Notes under the pieces: generated by a model
The model's input: only the letters and a program-made list of their open reading frames with translations
Databases searched by the model: none
What the model was told of the DNA's origin: nothing
Assembly (NCBI GenBank): GCA_003707115.1
Contig: PPNB01000006.1
Coordinates: forward strand, 248,001 to 312,000
Source: Tortispora ganteri
Lineage: Eukaryota
Reading direction: 5' to 3'
Length of the DNA: 64,000 nucleotides
In this document: in pieces, positions 60,397 through 64,000 of the stretch
Layout of the letters: every line of letters starts with the position of its first letter
Position numbering within the stretch: the stretch's first letter is position 1
Made by a program: the position numbers and the translations under genes

Positions 60397-61848
60397 CTAG
60401 TCCTTCTTTGACTGTGACTGGTACTTCTTTACTTGTTTTGCCAGGTAGCGGCCCACAGGGCTTAGATCGACAACTAGCAGAACCAAAGCTATGACATGGA
60501 CGTAAAAATACGTTCCTCGCCATGCTATTAGCAAAGGTCGCGCTTTCAACAAAGGAAATCCCATTGCGATATATTCCATGCACAGGTTGGTACCTATGAT
60601 TGTGATTATATCGTAATATTTTTTATACTTTGTAGGTTTTGAACCGTCGGGTGTGAGAAAGAAAGGCTTGATTTTGCGTGAGAATAAACTGGTATGCAAT
60701 CGAAGCAACAAGGGAATCGACAAGAATGTTCCATAATATCCTGCGCGCGAGCCATGCCAAATAGCTGAAACAACAAATGTGAGGGTCATAGTTGCCAGTG
60801 TGGGTTTCTTTCCCTTTGGCGTTGCCCTTAAGTAAACGGAGTTTCTGAGCCAACGGCCGGTGTTCGAATTCCAGTTGTTGGCAATGTACCTGCTGCTGTC
60901 AGCAAGCTCGATTCCTACGGGATCGCAGTTCATCATTCTGTCCCACCTCACTTTGCCAGAATTGTCTTTACCTTTATAACCGATTCCTGAAAGGGCTGAA
61001 GAACCATCGCCGAATGTCCATGCGATATAATACTTGGATTTAGTTTGCATGAGACCGATCTTATAATAGTACAGGCATTTGAAGAATGAGTTATCCTGGT
61101 AGAATGAGGGGTTACTGAATATTGCAAGATTCACGAGTTTCACGCAGAAAAGGTTCACGACAATCCACAACACAGATTCAAGAAATCTGCTTGCAACATA
61201 CCTTCTGTCAGGCTTGATCTTATATCCTTCGTCTTTGAACATTTCCAACGTGAGATAGTCTCTAAAGACGGTATAGTCGAAGGAAGGGCCTGTGAAAATA
61301 AGAGGGAAGAAGAATATATATGCATAGTAATGGAGAAGAGGAGGTAAATTTTGGAGGACTGTTTCCTTGCGCTGGGTGTTTTCGAGGCTGTCGAAGGGCC
61401 GCGTGCCATCGTATATGCTCCACGAGAGAGAAGTCAGTTTCATCACAAGCACCATTTGTGTACCGCTATAATCCTCGAACGAGACTCCTAAATCCTGCAG
61501 GTGTTCTTTACGCAAATGAATTGAGAACAGCATAGACATGAGCACCACGAGCACAATCCAGGGCACGCGATTGTTATTAGGCTTGTACATCAGCAGGAGG
61601 TATACCCATAGACCGTTGAACAGCATCAAAAATGCACCCCAGAACATGGAGAAAATGCCACACATGAAGAAAAGACCAACAGCGATGATGTAAGAGCATT
61701 TTAAATCAACACGATGGCGTGGGAACTTAGGAAGGACTGCTGCGAACGGATAAGATAACACAAAACAGAGTAGAAATCGGATACTTTGCGTATCGAGTTT
61801 GATCCCGGCAGCTAATGTCTCGACGTAGCGGTCCAAATAAAAGAGCAT
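60397..61848 (-). CDS. ALE1: MBOAT lysophospholipid acyltransferase (Ale1-like)
   Basis: First ATG 61848 (MLFYLDRYVE). Motifs GTQMVLVMKLTSLSWSIYDG, GPSFDY, KYYIAW, WNSNTGRWLRNSVYLR, SAIWHG. Confidence 0.92.
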   Translation of the reverse strand: MLFYLDRYVETLAAGIKLDTQSIRFLLCFVLSYPFAAVLPKFPRHRVDLKCSYIIAVGLFFMCGIFSMFWGAFLMLFNGLWVYLLLMYKPNNNRVPWIVLVVLMSMLFSIHLRKEHLQDLGVSFEDYSGTQMVLVMKLTSLSWSIYDGTRPFDSLENTQRKETVLQNLPPLLHYYAYIFFFPLIFTGPSFDYTVFRDYLTLEMFKDEGYKIKPDRRYVASRFLESVLWIVVNLFCVKLVNLAIFSNPSFYQDNSFFKCLYYYKIGLMQTKSKYYIAWTFGDGSSALSGIGYKGKDNSGKVRWDRMMNCDPVGIELADSSRYIANNWNSNTGRWLRNSVYLRATPKGKKPTLATMTLTFVVSAIWHGSRAGYYGTFLSIPLLLRLHTSLFSRKIKPFFLTPDGSKPTKYKKYYDIITIIGTNLCMEYIAMGFPLLKARPLLIAWRGTYFYVHVIALVLLVVDLSPVGRYLAKQVKKYQSQSKKD

Positions 61849-62146
61849 CCTGCAAACAAAAAGAAAGAAGCTGTTCAAAGTATAGCGGCAGTAACAATGC
61901 CATACTATAGCGGACCTTATATATTCTCCATTTAGGCTGATAAAGGATATTCAAAATGTCGAAAATTAGGCTGGTACTACGATTGAGTTTCTTTAAGCTG
62001 AGTTACGTCCAATAATAAAAGCTATATGTAAAATAAAGTTTTGATGCTTTTACACTACTCTACTTTCTAACTCACATAGCAACGTCGAGATCCGATTAAC
62101 GCCTGGTTTGCCTTTGCTCTTCGTTTCGCATTATAGCTGTACAGAC

Positions 62147-63895
62147 ATGGATTTGCTTGCCGCCACACAGACGTATATCAGGCAGATGGTTCCTGATGAT
62201 GGAAGTTTGAAGATACTTCTGCTTGACGCAGAGACTACGCAAATTGTCTCGATGGTGTTTAGCCAGTCACAATTGCTACAGAGACAGGTCTACCTCGTCG
62301 ATAGACTCGACAATAACAGAGAAAAAATGAAACACCTAAAATGTATAGTATTTATAAGACCCACACAGGAGTCAATACGTGATCTTGTACAAGAGCTTTA
62401 TGCGCCCTGCTATGGCGAGTATCACGTTTACACCTCTAACATAATATCGAAATCAAGCTTAGAGCAAATTGCGGAAGCAGATGATCTAGAGGTAGTAACT
62501 AAAGTGATAGAATTGTTTGCCGATCAGCATGTAGTATCACCTTCACTATTTTCATTAAATATCACGATACCTAGACTACTCGAGTTTGGCTCGTCGCCTA
62601 CTCAATGGAACCCGCAAGCTCTAGATCGTGCTACACAAGGTATCCTCGCAACGCTACTGGCATTGAAGAAAAAACCCGTTATACGGTACCAATCTAATAG
62701 CGAAAGGGCGCGCAAATTAGCGTCTTATGTGCAACAATCTGTACATGCCGAACGCCCTTTATTTGATTTTAGAGCGAGCGACACTCCACCGATTTTGCTT
62801 TTCCTTGATAGGAAGAATGACCCTGTTACGCCACTTTTACTTCCATGGACGTACCAAGCAATGGTACATGAACTTCTAAACATTCAAAATGGCACAGTTG
62901 ACCTTTCTAATGTGCCAGACGTTCGCCCGGAACTGAAACAAATAGTTCTTACCGAAGAAAGTGATCCGTTCTTTAAACGAAACGTTTTCCTTAACTTTGG
63001 AGATCTCGGCTCCACGATCAAAGATTATGTCGACCATTTCCAAGCTAAAACACAGTCGAATAAACAAATAGAGAGCATTGCAGATATGAAACGGTTTGTC
63101 GAGGATTACCCAGAATTTCGCCGTCTCTCAGGGAACGTGAGCAAGCACGTCACCCTAGTTTCTGAGCTGAGCAGAAAAGTGGAAACAGAGAGCTTATTGG
63201 ATGTATCAGAGCTTGAACAGAGTCTTTCCTGCAATGATGCGCATAACCAAGATCTGAAAACATTGCAGTCGTTAATTCAATCGCCAAAAGTAACCGACGA
63301 CGCTAAAGTGCGACTAGTTGCACTGTACGCGTTGAGATACGAAGGCAACCAAAATAACCAAACAAAAGTGCTTATGGAGCTTTTAGGTACCTTAGGTGTA
63401 CCAAAAGAGAAATCTGACGTTATACACACGCTATTGCGTGTCGCTGGTGCTAGTCAGCGGCTGCATGATCCGTATAGCTCTGACTCGATATTTTCTAGGG
63501 CTAGATCAGGTTTTACAGGACTGAAAGGTGTTGAAAACGTATACACACAGCACTCACCTTTGCTCGAAAAGATATTAAGCTGGCTGATTAAAGGCAAACT
63601 GCGACTAGATCAGTATCCGTACGCTGATGGATCGGCTAGTAGCCCACAATCTACGGCATCTGCCAAAGAACGTCCTCAGGATATTATAGTGTTCATGGTA
63701 GGTGGAGTTACGTACGAAGAAGCATTACTGATTCACAAAATTAGCGAAACGGTGCCAGGCGTCCGAATTGTTCTAGGCGGTACCTCTATATTGCGATCTC
63801 AACTATACCTGGAGCAGCTGCGCGAAGCTTCAGCACAGTGGCCGGGACCTACAGGCCACACAGCTCGTGAGAGACTAGCGCACCGAGTTGCTTAA
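62147..63895 (+). CDS. VPS45: Sec1/Munc18 family protein Vps45
   Basis: KILLLDAET, REKMKHLKCIVFIRPT, LDRKNDPVTPLL, FVEDYPEFRRLSGNVSKHV, GLKGVENVYTQH, VFMVGGVTYEE. Confidence 0.97.
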   Translation: MDLLAATQTYIRQMVPDDGSLKILLLDAETTQIVSMVFSQSQLLQRQVYLVDRLDNNREKMKHLKCIVFIRPTQESIRDLVQELYAPCYGEYHVYTSNIISKSSLEQIAEADDLEVVTKVIELFADQHVVSPSLFSLNITIPRLLEFGSSPTQWNPQALDRATQGILATLLALKKKPVIRYQSNSERARKLASYVQQSVHAERPLFDFRASDTPPILLFLDRKNDPVTPLLLPWTYQAMVHELLNIQNGTVDLSNVPDVRPELKQIVLTEESDPFFKRNVFLNFGDLGSTIKDYVDHFQAKTQSNKQIESIADMKRFVEDYPEFRRLSGNVSKHVTLVSELSRKVETESLLDVSELEQSLSCNDAHNQDLKTLQSLIQSPKVTDDAKVRLVALYALRYEGNQNNQTKVLMELLGTLGVPKEKSDVIHTLLRVAGASQRLHDPYSSDSIFSRARSGFTGLKGVENVYTQHSPLLEKILSWLIKGKLRLDQYPYADGSASSPQSTASAKERPQDIIVFMVGGVTYEEALLIHKISETVPGVRIVLGGTSILRSQLYLEQLREASAQWPGPTGHTARERLAHRVA

Positions 63896-64000
63896 ACTCC
63901 GATAAAAAAATAAAAAGGAAGTAGCATTATTAATTACGGCCCTCCACTGCATTCATCTAGCAACGTTGCTATTTTGTAGTTCACTATTGGCTGGACAGAT

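Noticed and set aside
61850..61905. Acceptor-like polypyrimidine/CAG just before the ALE1 ATG as a 5' intron
   Set aside because: Only a weak GTATGG donor and no branch point. ATG 61848 already gives a plausible Ale1 N-terminus.

Overview
This is eukaryotic nuclear DNA from a very compact, intron-poor budding yeast. A complex I subunit gene, CUG read as Leu, an unsplit Nup98-Nup96 gene and a Homol-D box point to an early-diverging Saccharomycotina lineage (inference). I can support 36 protein-coding genes, nearly all single-copy housekeeping genes, in this order: ACO2 (partial), URA3, COX18, ALG11, a PPR protein, complex I 49-kDa subunit, HOM2, a cPLA2-like phospholipase, EXO70, an orphan membrane protein, TFB5, LSM4, LHP1, a SET methyltransferase, VPH1, CDC31, NUP98-96, LOA1, a flavodoxin-less FAD/NADPH reductase, SLP1, PIK1, RIB3, NTR1/SPP382, SOD2, an F-box/LRR protein, BCS1, PRI2, an M1 aminopeptidase, RPL35, NAM2, ATG13, aldose 1-epimerase, SLD3, DPB4, ALE1 and VPS45. 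TFB5 has 3 exons and is absent from the ORF track. I saw only three convincing introns and no tRNA, rRNA, transposon, CRISPR array or specialised gene cluster. I found no clear novel multi-gene system. The best leads are: (1) a strand-specific, G-U-rich structured RNA region directly downstream of RPL35, a candidate autoregulatory or ncRNA element; (2) a possible dual mitochondrial/cytosolic start arrangement in SOD2; (3) a Gcn4/AP-1-site-rich promoter on the uncharacterised F-box gene; (4) a reductase lacking its FMN domain. All gene identities come from recognising motifs by eye, not from database searches.
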